A DNA stretch of 64,000 nt from an uncultured Actinomycetes bacterium (GTDB taxonomy: Bacteria > Actinomycetota > Thermoleophilia > UBA2241). Below the pieces are notes generated by a model, which worked only from the letters and a program-made list of their open reading frames with translations, did not search any database and was not told where the DNA came from. How positions within the stretch are numbered: the first letter of the stretch is position 1; every line of letters starts with the position of its first letter. The stretch is taken from assembly GCA_963833555.1 (NCBI GenBank), contig CAWHYB010000006.1:45331-109330 (forward strand), read 5' to 3'. This document shows positions 1 through 10,480 of the stretch, piece after piece. The position numbers were made by a program, and so were the translations under genes.

Positions 1-63
1 GAGGTCATCGCCGGCGTCCACGACAAGTACGTCGATCTGGCCCACCGCCTGGCGATCCCCTGA
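1..63 (+). CDS. 3' end of an unidentified gene truncated by the window edge
   Basis: Open frame EVIAGVHDKYVDLAHRLAIP* from base 1 with GC3-rich codons; too short to identify. Confidence 0.55.
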   Translation, partial: EVIAGVHDKYVDLAHRLAIP

Positions 64-110
64 GCACGACTTCCGTGTCGGCGGCGGCCGCAGGCCGCCG
101 CCGTCATCGG

Positions 111-1178
111 CTAGAGCAGGTGGTCGAAGTTGCCGGTCCCCCAGGGCGACGCCGCCACAGCGTGGGACACGGCGATCGCGTCGTTTCCGGCCCGTAGCGC
201 GGCGAGGATCTTCTCGTAGTAGCCGTTGTGCAGGGTCGTGATCGTGGCGCGGAAGCCCTGGGCCCAGCTCAGATACGCCTTCACACCCACTGAGTTCATC
301 GAGGTCGCGCCGGGCTCGGGCTGGGTCGTGTTCAGCGGGTTGTAGTGGGCGCTGTTGTGCCAGTGGCCGCCTTCGGCCATCTCCCAGGCAGTGACCGCGG
401 CGACGTTGGCGCCGGTCAGCGGCATGCCGATCTGCTGCAACAGGGCCTTGGCCCAGGTCAACGGCGTGTAGTGGCCGTTGAGCGGCACGGGCTGGCCGAT
501 CGGCGCCGACCCGGGCCGGTTTGCTTCGATGATCGCCTCGATCTTGCGCGTGAGGTCGTCGAGGATCGCCCGGCGCTGGGCGATCCGGTCGTTCATGTCG
601 AGACGGCGCGCATCGATCTCGTCCTGCGCGGCGCGGGCGTCCTGACGCTGCTTCTCGAGGGCGCGCTCGATGCTGAGCACCTGTTCGTTGAGCCGGGCGA
701 GACCGGCGCCGTTGCGTTCGTCCTGCTGTGAGATGCGGCGGAAGAAGACGATCTGGCTCTGCACGTCTGTGAGGCTGGCGGAGTTCGCCAACACGTCGAC
801 GAGGTCGAGCCTGCCCACCTTGTACATCGTCGCGAGCCGCCGCGCGACGAGCACCGTCTGGAGGTCAAGCTCGGATTGGCTGCGGGCGAGCTCGAGACGG
901 GTGCCCGCGAGCTGGCTGTTGACGGCGTCGAGCCGGCCGGCGGCGGCCTCGAAGCGCTGCTGGATGAGCTTCATCTCGGCCTGCAGGCGGTTCATCTGCT
1001 TGCGCGAGTCGGCGGCCGCCGCCTCGAGACCCTTGAGCGTCGTCGGCGCTCTCGTCGCGACGATGATCGTGTCGGCGTGCGCCAGGGAGGTCGCAAGGAC
1101 GCCGAAGAGGACGGCGGTGGCGATCGCCACCGCCGTCCTCTTCCGTCGTCTGCTGTCGCGGCCGGCGTTCATGTTCAC
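111..1178 (-). CDS. Secreted peptidoglycan hydrolase-like protein (PcsB/CwlO-type coiled coil plus lysozyme-like C-terminal domain)
   Basis: Signal peptide (basic N-region, hydrophobic core, AHA cleavage), about 180-aa heptad coiled coil, Pro-rich linker, then a domain with WEMAEGG and YNPLNTT motifs. Confidence 0.7.
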   Translation of the reverse strand: MNMNAGRDSRRRKRTAVAIATAVLFGVLATSLAHADTIIVATRAPTTLKGLEAAAADSRKQMNRLQAEMKLIQQRFEAAAGRLDAVNSQLAGTRLELARSQSELDLQTVLVARRLATMYKVGRLDLVDVLANSASLTDVQSQIVFFRRISQQDERNGAGLARLNEQVLSIERALEKQRQDARAAQDEIDARRLDMNDRIAQRRAILDDLTRKIEAIIEANRPGSAPIGQPVPLNGHYTPLTWAKALLQQIGMPLTGANVAAVTAWEMAEGGHWHNSAHYNPLNTTQPEPGATSMNSVGVKAYLSWAQGFRATITTLHNGYYEKILAALRAGNDAIAVSHAVAASPWGTGNFDHLL

Positions 1179-1251
1179 TCGGTGTATCGGTCGTCCGCTG
1201 AGGGCCTTTACACCTTGCGTCGTGACGCTCGGCCGGGAGCGGCCGCCGGCG

Positions 1252-1698
1252 CTAGGCGCGACGCCGCTCCGGACCCGAGTGAGACACCTGGCTCAAACGA
1301 CGGTCGTCGACGAGATGTGGCAGCCGGATCTCTTCGGCCGGATGCAGGTAGCCGTCTCCGCCGCGTCGTGCCGAGGCCAGCGAAAGGTAGAGCAGCGTGA
1401 CGACGTCGTCGTCGGGCCCGTTCAGCCAGGTGGGCCCGGCCTCGGCGCCGCGAGCGCCCACCGGCACGAGCGTCTCGACCTCGCGCCAGACGTCACCGTC
1501 TTCGAGCAGCAGATAGCGCTGGCCTCCGATCGTCACTCGACGGTCGCTGAGCAGCCAGCCCGCGGCGTCGCTGCGACCCGGGTCGCCGAACGCGACCTCG
1601 CAGTTCGGACCGTGACCCAGCAGCCGCATGTCGCCCATGTATTTGGTCACCACCTGGCGGAGCTTGCCCCGCGGGAACCTGGGCTGGTAATAGCTCAT
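1252..1698 (-). CDS. Hypothetical protein
   Basis: ATG at 1698 (MSYYQPRFPRGKLRQVV...), protein-like composition with aromatic residues; no family recognised. Confidence 0.55.
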   Translation of the reverse strand: MSYYQPRFPRGKLRQVVTKYMGDMRLLGHGPNCEVAFGDPGRSDAAGWLLSDRRVTIGGQRYLLLEDGDVWREVETLVPVGARGAEAGPTWLNGPDDDVVTLLYLSLASARRGGDGYLHPAEEIRLPHLVDDRRLSQVSHSGPERRRA

Positions 1699-1877
1699 CG
1701 TGACCCCCCTCGTACGACGACGCTGCAATTGTAAACCCTTCGTACGCAGCGGCCAGTGTGACCGCGCTATATCATCGCCATAAGGTCGACGCGGCGAGAG
1801 AGAGGGAGTGCGATGGATCGACAGTGTGACGCTAACGAGACGAGCCGCAGAACCGGACCATCGCGGGCTGTGGCGGC

Positions 1878-3095
1878 ATGAACGGCGTTCCTTCCGGCGA
1901 GCTTGAGCGATACGCCGACCTGGTGCTGAGCACAGGGGTGAACGTCGGCGACGGTCAACCGCTGCTGATCGCCGGCTGCGCCCAGCATGCCGATCTCATG
2001 GCGGCGATCGCCGAGCGGGCGTACGCGCACGGGGCGAGCCGCGCCGAGACCTACTTCTTCGATGATCGCGTGCGCGCGGCGCAGGCGGGCCAGGCGCCGA
2101 GCGACGCGCTGGCCGCGCAGGTGGCCCCGTGGTACGAGCAGATGTACCGCACGGTGGTCGACGAACGCTGGGCCCGCATCCGCACCCTCGGCGACCCGTT
2201 CGACGACCCGTACCGCGGCGTGCCGGCCCATCGCGCGAGCGCGCTCGACACGGCGCTGTTCGAGCCGGTGCTCGCCACGATCGAAGCCGGCCTCAACTGG
2301 TGCGTGTGTCCCTGCCCGACCGCCGGCTGGGCTCGGCGGGTGTACGGCGAGCCCGACATCGCGCGGCTGTGGCGCGACCTCTGGCACGTGCTGCGGCTCG
2401 ACGAAGCCGATCCGGCGGCAGCCTGGGAAGCCCGTCGCGCCGAACTCACGAAGCGGGCGGCGAAGCTCGACTCGTCGAGCTTCGCCGCCCTCCACTTCAA
2501 AGGCGGCGGCACCGATCTCGTGGTGCCGCTTCACGCCGACGCCGTCTGGCAGCCGGCCTGGCTGACCACGCCCTGGGGACAGACCTATCTGTGCAACCTG
2601 CCCAGCGAAGAGGTCTACACGGCGCCCGACTTCCGAGGCGTTCATGGCATCGCCGTCGTCACGCGTCCGGTGACCATCAACGGCACCACGGTCGAAGGGC
2701 TTGTCCTGCGCTTCGAGCGAGGGCGCATCGTCGCCGTCGAAGCCGACGTCGGCGCCGACACGGTGCGGGCCCACGTCCGCGAGGACGCCGGTGCATCTCG
2801 GCTTGGCGAGGTGGCGCTGGTCGACGGCTCGTCGCGCATCGGACGGCTCGGCACGGTGTTCAACGAGGTGCTGCTCGACGAGAACGCCGCGTGTCACATC
2901 GCCTGGGGGGCAGCCACCAACGACTCCTTCCCCGGCGGGCTCCCCGCCGGTGAGGCGGCGCTCGAGGCACGCGGCGTCAACCACTCGAAGGTCCATCAGG
3001 ACGTGATGATCGGGGGACCTCAGGTCGACGTCCTCGGGGTGACCGTCGGCGATGAGGAACTGCCGGTGCTGACCGGAGAACGCTGGCAGATCTAG
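1878..3095 (+). CDS. ampS: Aminopeptidase, peptidase M29 family (AmpS/PepS/AmpT type)
   Basis: Motifs NLPSEEVYTAP, LGEVALV, LLDENAACHIAWG, NHSKVHQDVMIG. Confidence 0.92.
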   Translation: MNGVPSGELERYADLVLSTGVNVGDGQPLLIAGCAQHADLMAAIAERAYAHGASRAETYFFDDRVRAAQAGQAPSDALAAQVAPWYEQMYRTVVDERWARIRTLGDPFDDPYRGVPAHRASALDTALFEPVLATIEAGLNWCVCPCPTAGWARRVYGEPDIARLWRDLWHVLRLDEADPAAAWEARRAELTKRAAKLDSSSFAALHFKGGGTDLVVPLHADAVWQPAWLTTPWGQTYLCNLPSEEVYTAPDFRGVHGIAVVTRPVTINGTTVEGLVLRFERGRIVAVEADVGADTVRAHVREDAGASRLGEVALVDGSSRIGRLGTVFNEVLLDENAACHIAWGAATNDSFPGGLPAGEAALEARGVNHSKVHQDVMIGGPQVDVLGVTVGDEELPVLTGERWQI

Positions 3096-3096
3096 A

Positions 3097-3125
3097 GAGG
3101 GCGGGCGGCGTCCGCCGCCCGCCTC
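3097..3125 (+). terminator. GC-rich hairpin after the aminopeptidase stop
   Basis: GCGGGCGGCG (3101-3110) / CGCCGCCCGC (3113-3122) perfect inverted repeat 5 nt after the TAG; no U-tract. Confidence 0.6.
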
Positions 3126-3339
3126 CGTGAGTGAACGGGGTCAGGGGACCGAGCGAATATGGCAGCGCTCGAAGCCTGCGACCAGATCAGGAATCGAGAC
3201 CCCCTCAGAGTGCGCACGGTGCCTATCCTCCCTGGGAAGCGGTCTGACCGACGTTCGCAGTGACGGGGGAGGTCCGGACCGCCGGCCCGGCCTGGGCAGC
3301 CCCCGTCGTCAGGCTGGACGGCAGACCGGAGGATGACCG

Positions 3340-3759
3340 ATGAAGATCGTGATCGCAGACGACAATGAGATCTCTCGGCTAGTGCTCAGCGTGCTGCTCC
3401 GCCAGTGGGGTCACGAGGTCGTGATCGCCCGCGGCGGTGTCGAGGCGCAAGCCCATCTCCTTGACGGTGCCGACCTCGGCCTGCTCGACATGGAGATGGC
3501 TGATCTCGACGGACTGTCGGTCTGTCGCAAGCTGCGAGAGCGGCGCTCGACAGGAGGTCCTTATGTCGTGCTGCTCACGCCGATCGGCGCCAAGGTCGAC
3601 ATCCGCTCAGGTCTGCACGCGGGCGCAGACGACTTCCTGACCAAACCGTGTGATCCCCGCGAGCTGCTTGCTTGCCTCGACGTCGCCGCCCACTGCCTGC
3701 GCCCGCTGACCGTACACCGCGCCGTCGACCGGCGGCTGAGGGAGGAGACGCTCCGATGA
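3340..3759 (+). CDS. Single-domain response regulator (REC)
   Basis: IVIADD acidic pocket, LLDMEM phospho-Asp, T, and FLTKP Lys; stop overlaps the next start (ATGA). Confidence 0.88.
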   Translation: MKIVIADDNEISRLVLSVLLRQWGHEVVIARGGVEAQAHLLDGADLGLLDMEMADLDGLSVCRKLRERRSTGGPYVVLLTPIGAKVDIRSGLHAGADDFLTKPCDPRELLACLDVAAHCLRPLTVHRAVDRRLREETLR

Positions 3760-4700
3760 AAGTCCTGATCGCCGAAGACAGCGCGACGTCGCGGCTGCTG
3801 CTCGAGCGGGTCCTGTCGACGTGGGGCTATGACGTGGTCGAGGTCGCCGACGGCACGACGGCTTGGGAGATCCTGCAGTCCGAAGACGCACCACGGCTGG
3901 CGATCCTTGACTGGATCATGCCGGGCATGGACGGCATCGACGTGTGCCGGCTGGCGCGGCAGGGCCAGACCGACCAGCCGCCGTACATCATCCTGTTGAC
4001 GGCGCTGGGCAGCAAACAGGACCTCGTCGCCGGCCTTCAGGCCGGTGCCGACGACTTCTTGTCCAAGCCCTTCGATCCGGACGAGCTGCGCGCCCGCATG
4101 GAGGTCGGCCGCCGCCTGGTCGCGGCGAACGAACGTCTCGCCGACGCGCACCACAGGCTAGGCCTGCTGGCCAGTACAGATGTCCTGACAGGGGTGTTCA
4201 ACCGGCGCGCCATCCTCGAACGGCTCGAGGTCGACATGATCGACGCCTCCCGCAGCGGCACGCGCGTCAGCGTGGGGCTGCTCGACGTCGATCACTTCAA
4301 GCGTGTCAACGACGGCATGGGTCACGCCGCGGGCGACGCCGTCCTGCAACAGGTCGTCGCGCGGGTCGCCGAGGTGCTCGACGGCGACGCCGTCTGCGGC
4401 CGTTTCGGCGGCGAAGAGTTCCTGATCCTGCTGCCGGGCAGGGGCCAGTGTCAGACGCTCGAGACCCTGGAGCGCGTGCGGGCCGCCGTGGCAGCCGCCC
4501 CCTTCGAGATCGATGGTCGCTCACTCACCGTGACCGTGAGCCTGGGCGGAGCGACCGGCTGGAACGAGCCCGTCGACAAGCTCATCGGGCGCACCGACAC
4601 GGCGCTCTACGAAGCGAAGGAACAGGGTCGCAACCGCGTCGTGATGTCACGGGCGTCGCGTCTGCGGTTGGCCGGCTTCGAGATGGAACTCGCCGTCTGA
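3756..4700 (+). CDS. REC-GGDEF diguanylate cyclase (WspR/PleD-like)
   Basis: REC (LIAED, ILDWIMP, SKPF), DVLTGVFNRR, DVDHFKRVNDGMGHAAGD, RFGGEEF, ALYEAKEQGRNR; ATG at 3756 coupled to the upstream stop. Confidence 0.93.
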   Translation: MKVLIAEDSATSRLLLERVLSTWGYDVVEVADGTTAWEILQSEDAPRLAILDWIMPGMDGIDVCRLARQGQTDQPPYIILLTALGSKQDLVAGLQAGADDFLSKPFDPDELRARMEVGRRLVAANERLADAHHRLGLLASTDVLTGVFNRRAILERLEVDMIDASRSGTRVSVGLLDVDHFKRVNDGMGHAAGDAVLQQVVARVAEVLDGDAVCGRFGGEEFLILLPGRGQCQTLETLERVRAAVAAAPFEIDGRSLTVTVSLGGATGWNEPVDKLIGRTDTALYEAKEQGRNRVVMSRASRLRLAGFEMELAV

Positions 4701-4706
4701 TCACGG

Positions 4707-5486
4707 CTACGCCGCGGCGGCATCGTCCTGGGCGAGGGGGAACCCCGGCGTCGTGCGTACCACGCCAGATGAGTCGACGATCAGGCCGCTGTAGCCGCGC
4801 AGCCCCGCGACGCGCGCGAGGGCTTGGCCACCGGACGCGTACAGGCCCGTCGCCAGCGCGTCGACGAAGGCCAGGTCGGGTCCCACCACGGTCGCGGCGA
4901 GCAGCGAGTGCGCGGGCTCGAGCGTGCTCGGGTCGAACACGTGAAGCCCGCGCTCGTAGCTGCCCGAGGTGGCGACCGCGCGTGCGCTCCCGCTGAGCTC
5001 GACCACGGCCATCAGCGCGTCCGCCTCCTGCGGATGACGCAGTCCGACTCGCCAGGGCTGCCCGGGCTCGGGTTCGCCGTACGTGGCGATGTCGCCGCCC
5101 GCGTTGATCATGGCCGCGGTCACGCCGCCGCGGCGGAGCTCGGCGAGCGCCAGCTCCGCCGCCCAGCCCTTGACCAGCCCCGTCGGATCGACGCCGCCGG
5201 GCAGGCGCCAGGGGTCGAACCAGCCCCCCGACGCCTCTTTGGCGCGGCGGCAGAGCTCGAGCACCCAGGCGATGTCGGGCGGCGCGGCGTCGAGTGCGAT
5301 CTCGCCGCGCCGCACGCGGCTCATGGGGCTATCGGGCTGCCAGGTGCTGAACACGCCGTCGACGTAGTGCAGCTCGTCGACGGCGCGAGCCAGAGCGGCC
5401 TCAGATGTCTCAGTTGTCGTTGCCGCCTCCGTCGCCACCAGCGACAACGACACCACCGTGCCCATTACCTGCTCCGAGTGTTGCAT
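4707..5486 (-). CDS. apbE: FAD:protein FMN transferase (ApbE family)
   Basis: MGTVVS start, DPTGLVKGWA, INAGGDI, AVATSGSYERG, ADALATA-like FVDALATG; GGAGG RBS. Confidence 0.92.
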   Translation of the reverse strand: MQHSEQVMGTVVSLSLVATEAATTTETSEAALARAVDELHYVDGVFSTWQPDSPMSRVRRGEIALDAAPPDIAWVLELCRRAKEASGGWFDPWRLPGGVDPTGLVKGWAAELALAELRRGGVTAAMINAGGDIATYGEPEPGQPWRVGLRHPQEADALMAVVELSGSARAVATSGSYERGLHVFDPSTLEPAHSLLAATVVGPDLAFVDALATGLYASGGQALARVAGLRGYSGLIVDSSGVVRTTPGFPLAQDDAAAA

Positions 5487-5927
5487 TCGCTCCTCCCGTC
5501 GCGGCGATCTTGACGAGCGCGGCCTGCAGTGAGCTGCCGTAGGCCTGGCTCGTGTACGTGGCGCCGGAGACGGCGTGGATCGGCCCGCCGTTCGTCGCCA
5601 TGGTCTGCTGGATGAGCTGTGGGATCACGCTGCCCGATGATCTGCCCCGATTGCGGGCCCGTGGACGTTGAGCTTGGCCAGGCCCACACTGGTGAGCTTG
5701 CCGTTCTGGGCACTGACCCGGACCTGGATGTCGCCGAGCCCACCTGCCAGCGGCTGGTCTGTGCCCACCGCGGTGACGCCCGCGCCCGTTCCGGCGCTGG
5801 CGCCGACCTTCAGGCTCGCCGGCAGACCGGCGGTGGCGCCGCCGGACGGGTGGTAGCCGAGCACGAGGCCGAGGCCGACGGCGGTGGCCACGATTGCGGC
5901 TCCCGGAATGGCTGCGGAACGTCTCAT
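5410..5927 (-). CDS. Membrane-anchored FMN-binding (flavinylated) protein; frameshift near 5630
   Basis: N-terminal TM helix, GDIQVRV strand, then in a second frame IPQLIQQT...AVSGATYTSQAY with the [S/T]GA[S/T] flavinylation motif. The 3' end is uncertain (the as-read frame overlaps apbE). Confidence 0.85.
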
Positions 5928-5949
5928 GGTCTTCCTCCTAGCTCCTTCC

Positions 5950-7378
5950 TCAGAAGGCGAAGTCTTCGTGGTGGATGCGGCCGTCGGGCACGCCCAGCGA
6001 ACGGGCCGTGCCGACGAGGTTCTCCATGAACCCGCCGGGGCCGCACACATACACATCGCGTTCGGCGATGTCGGGCACCAGGCGCCGCAGATGCTGGGCG
6101 TCGAGCGGCTCCTGCGAGCGCGGTCCGACGACTTCATGAAGTCGTCCACCGCGCTCCCCGACCAGCAGCGCGATCTCGTCGCGCAGCACCAGGTCGTGCT
6201 CCTTTGAGCCGCGCAGGATCACGACCACATCGACGTGCTCGGGCAGGTCGTCGAGCATGGCCCTCACGGGGGTCGCGCCGACGCCGGCACCGACCAGCAG
6301 GACGCGGTCGGTCCCGCGGTGGTGGTGGGTGAAGGCGCCGTACGGCCCTTCGATCGCCACCGGCGTTCCCGGGGTCAGCTCGGCCAGCGCCGCGCTGTGG
6401 TCGCCACCGGTCTTGACGGTGAAGCGCATCTCGTTGCCCGCGGGCAGCGCCGACAGCGAATAGGGGTGCGCCTGCCACCACATGCCGGGCTTGAGGATGC
6501 GCCAGTGCAGGAACTGCCCGCCGGCCACGTCCAGACGCTCGAGGTGACGGCCGCGCACGACGACCGACACGACGCCCGGCGACTCCTGCTCGACGCGCGC
6601 CACACGGAGGCGGTGAGCAAGGCTGCGCACGATGGGCAGGCCGATGCGGTAGCTGAGCACGACGCCCGCGGTCAGCAGCCAGAGGCTGATCCAGAAGGCG
6701 GTCGCCAGCGGGTGGCCCAGGAACGGCGCGCCGGTGGCGATCTGGTGGGGGAACGACACCGCCGCGGCGAGGTACGTATAGAGGTGGACGTTCCACCATG
6801 TCTCGTAGCGCATCCTGCGGCGCACGTTGCGGTACGAGGTGACGCCGGCCAGGACGAGCAAACCCAGGCCGACGACGGCGCCGAGCATGCCGGGGAAGGT
6901 GGTGATGAGCACGGCGGCCTCGTGTAGCAGGCCGGTGTGCAGGCCCAGCGCGTAGCCGAGGGTGATGAGCAGTCCGTGCGCGACGAGCAGGATGATGACC
7001 CAAGGGCCCGAGGCGGCGGTGCCAGCGCACGAGCCGGTCCTGGCCGAGTGCCCGTTCGACGGCAGGGATCCTCCCGATCAGCAGGATCGTGACGAGCATG
7101 AGGTAGGTGCCGACCATCCCGGTGAACCGCCCGAGCGCGGTAGCGAGGCCGCCGGGCGCGACGAGATCGTGCATGGTCGTGACGGGCACGACGAGCGCGA
7201 CGCTCACCGCCGCTCCGGCCCAGGCCAGGAAGGTGAACAGCCGCGCCCACGCGCGCCGCGGCTTGGTGCTGGCGTCGCGGCGGGGGTGGGCTAGGGAGCG
7301 TGGGCGTGAGCGCTCGCGCTCACGCCATCCGCCTATATCGCCGTCCGCAACGGCCGGCGCGTCCCAGTCCTCTTCCAC
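5950..7378 (-). CDS. Ferric-reductase-like (MsrQ-like) transmembrane protein fused to an FAD/NAD(P)-binding oxidoreductase domain; frameshift near 7000
   Basis: TM helices with heme His (WHRR, HGLL, WNVHLYTY, HQI), HPYSLS FAD motif, EGPYGAF, GAGVGATP, VCGPGGF, C-terminal HHEDFAF. Confidence 0.9.
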
Positions 7379-7533
7379 AGTGCCCGACTCCGTCCGCGCG
7401 GGCCGGTGTCCGCCGGCCCGCGCCCCGCTGTTCTCAATGGTCGGGGTGGTTGTGGCCGCAGACGATGAAGAGACGATGAAGGGGCGCTGAGAGCGTGGCG
7501 CCGGCGAAAGGAGCCGGCCGGATCGCCGGCCCT

Positions 7534-7809
7534 CTAGCGCTTGACCAGGATCACGTCGTCGCCGAACAGCGACACGCGCACCTTGTCCTGCACGCCTCCG
7601 GCACGGATCGCCTTGCGGAGCGCCGATCGTACCGTCTCGGGCTTGCGGCCTATCTTCGCGACGTCGACGTCCATGGCCGACTCACCGGCGTCGACGAACG
7701 CCTGGACGAGATCGGGATAGAACGTCGACGCACGACGTCCCCTTCGGGGCGCCAATGTTGCTGGGTCTCTTGGGCGCAGATAATCGCGCGGGTCCAGGTT
7801 CTTGGCCAT
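7534..7809 (-). CDS. Small basic hypothetical protein, possible DNA-binding protein
   Basis: 91-aa ORF with GGAGG-type RBS; Arg/Lys-rich with helix-turn-helix-like segment KIGRKPETVRSALRKAI. Confidence 0.65.
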   Translation of the reverse strand: MAKNLDPRDYLRPRDPATLAPRRGRRASTFYPDLVQAFVDAGESAMDVDVAKIGRKPETVRSALRKAIRAGGVQDKVRVSLFGDDVILVKR

Positions 7810-8108
7810 CGTGCCCTCCGTTTCTGTAACGGTTTCTCTGTGCCAGCATACCCTCTGGTTTGCGTCGTTGTCTCTAGAGTCCGTTCTTCCACCACGGGCA
7901 CGTGGCGGGAACGATGGACTCGGTTCCCGCCGTACAGGCTGTCTGCCCGTGTACCCACCAGATCAAGCTCGTCTTTCTGGCCCGACCTGGCTCGCCGCCA
8001 TTTCGTGCCGTCGCCTGGTCCCTTGACGCGGCGCTCGAATGGGGCGAGAGTTGGCATGTCCAAGGAACACATCTCGGCTCGCCGGCACGCTTTGCGGTCC
8101 GCAAGGGG

Positions 8109-8574
8109 GTGGAAGAGCTGGGCAGGGGGGGTCCGGCTGGGGACGCGCGCCAGCCGGTCATCATGCGGCAGTCCACGGGCGCCCGCTCCGACCTGGTGCC
8201 GATGCTGCAGCGGGCTCAGGCCGAGCACGGCTACCTGTCGCCCGAGTCAGTTGGGCGCATCGCACGTCACCTCAGGGTCACCGACAACGAGGTCTACGGC
8301 GTCGCGAGCTTCTACGCGCAGTTCAGGTTCACCCCGCCCGGCCGTCACAGTCTGCGGGTCTGTCTGGGCACGGCCTGTCACGTGAAGGGCGGCGTGCAGA
8401 TGCTCGAGACGCTCGAGCGCCGGCTTGGCGTGGCTCCAGGCGAGACGACGCCCGACGGTGAGTACGACCTCGAGCGCGTCGCCTGTCTCGGCTGCTGCGC
8501 GCTCGCCCCGGTCTTCAGTCTGGACAAGACGATCTACGGCCAGATGAGCGTGCTCAAGCTGCAGGGGATCCTGG

Positions 8575-8594
<20 letters not shown>
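8109..8594 (+). CDS. NuoE/HydC/BfuC-like [2Fe-2S] subunit
   Basis: LQRAQAEHGYL, VYGVASFYAQF, CLGTACHVKG, VACLGCCALAP. Start codon uncertain. Confidence 0.92.

Positions 8595-10476
<1,882 letters not shown>

Positions 10477-10480
<4 letters not shown>

Noticed and set aside
1188-1197. Guanidine-II (mini-ykkC) riboswitch-like CGG-ACGA-CCG hairpin upstream of the hydrolase
   Set aside because: Only one ACGR hairpin (two are required), a 3-bp stem, and an unrelated downstream gene.
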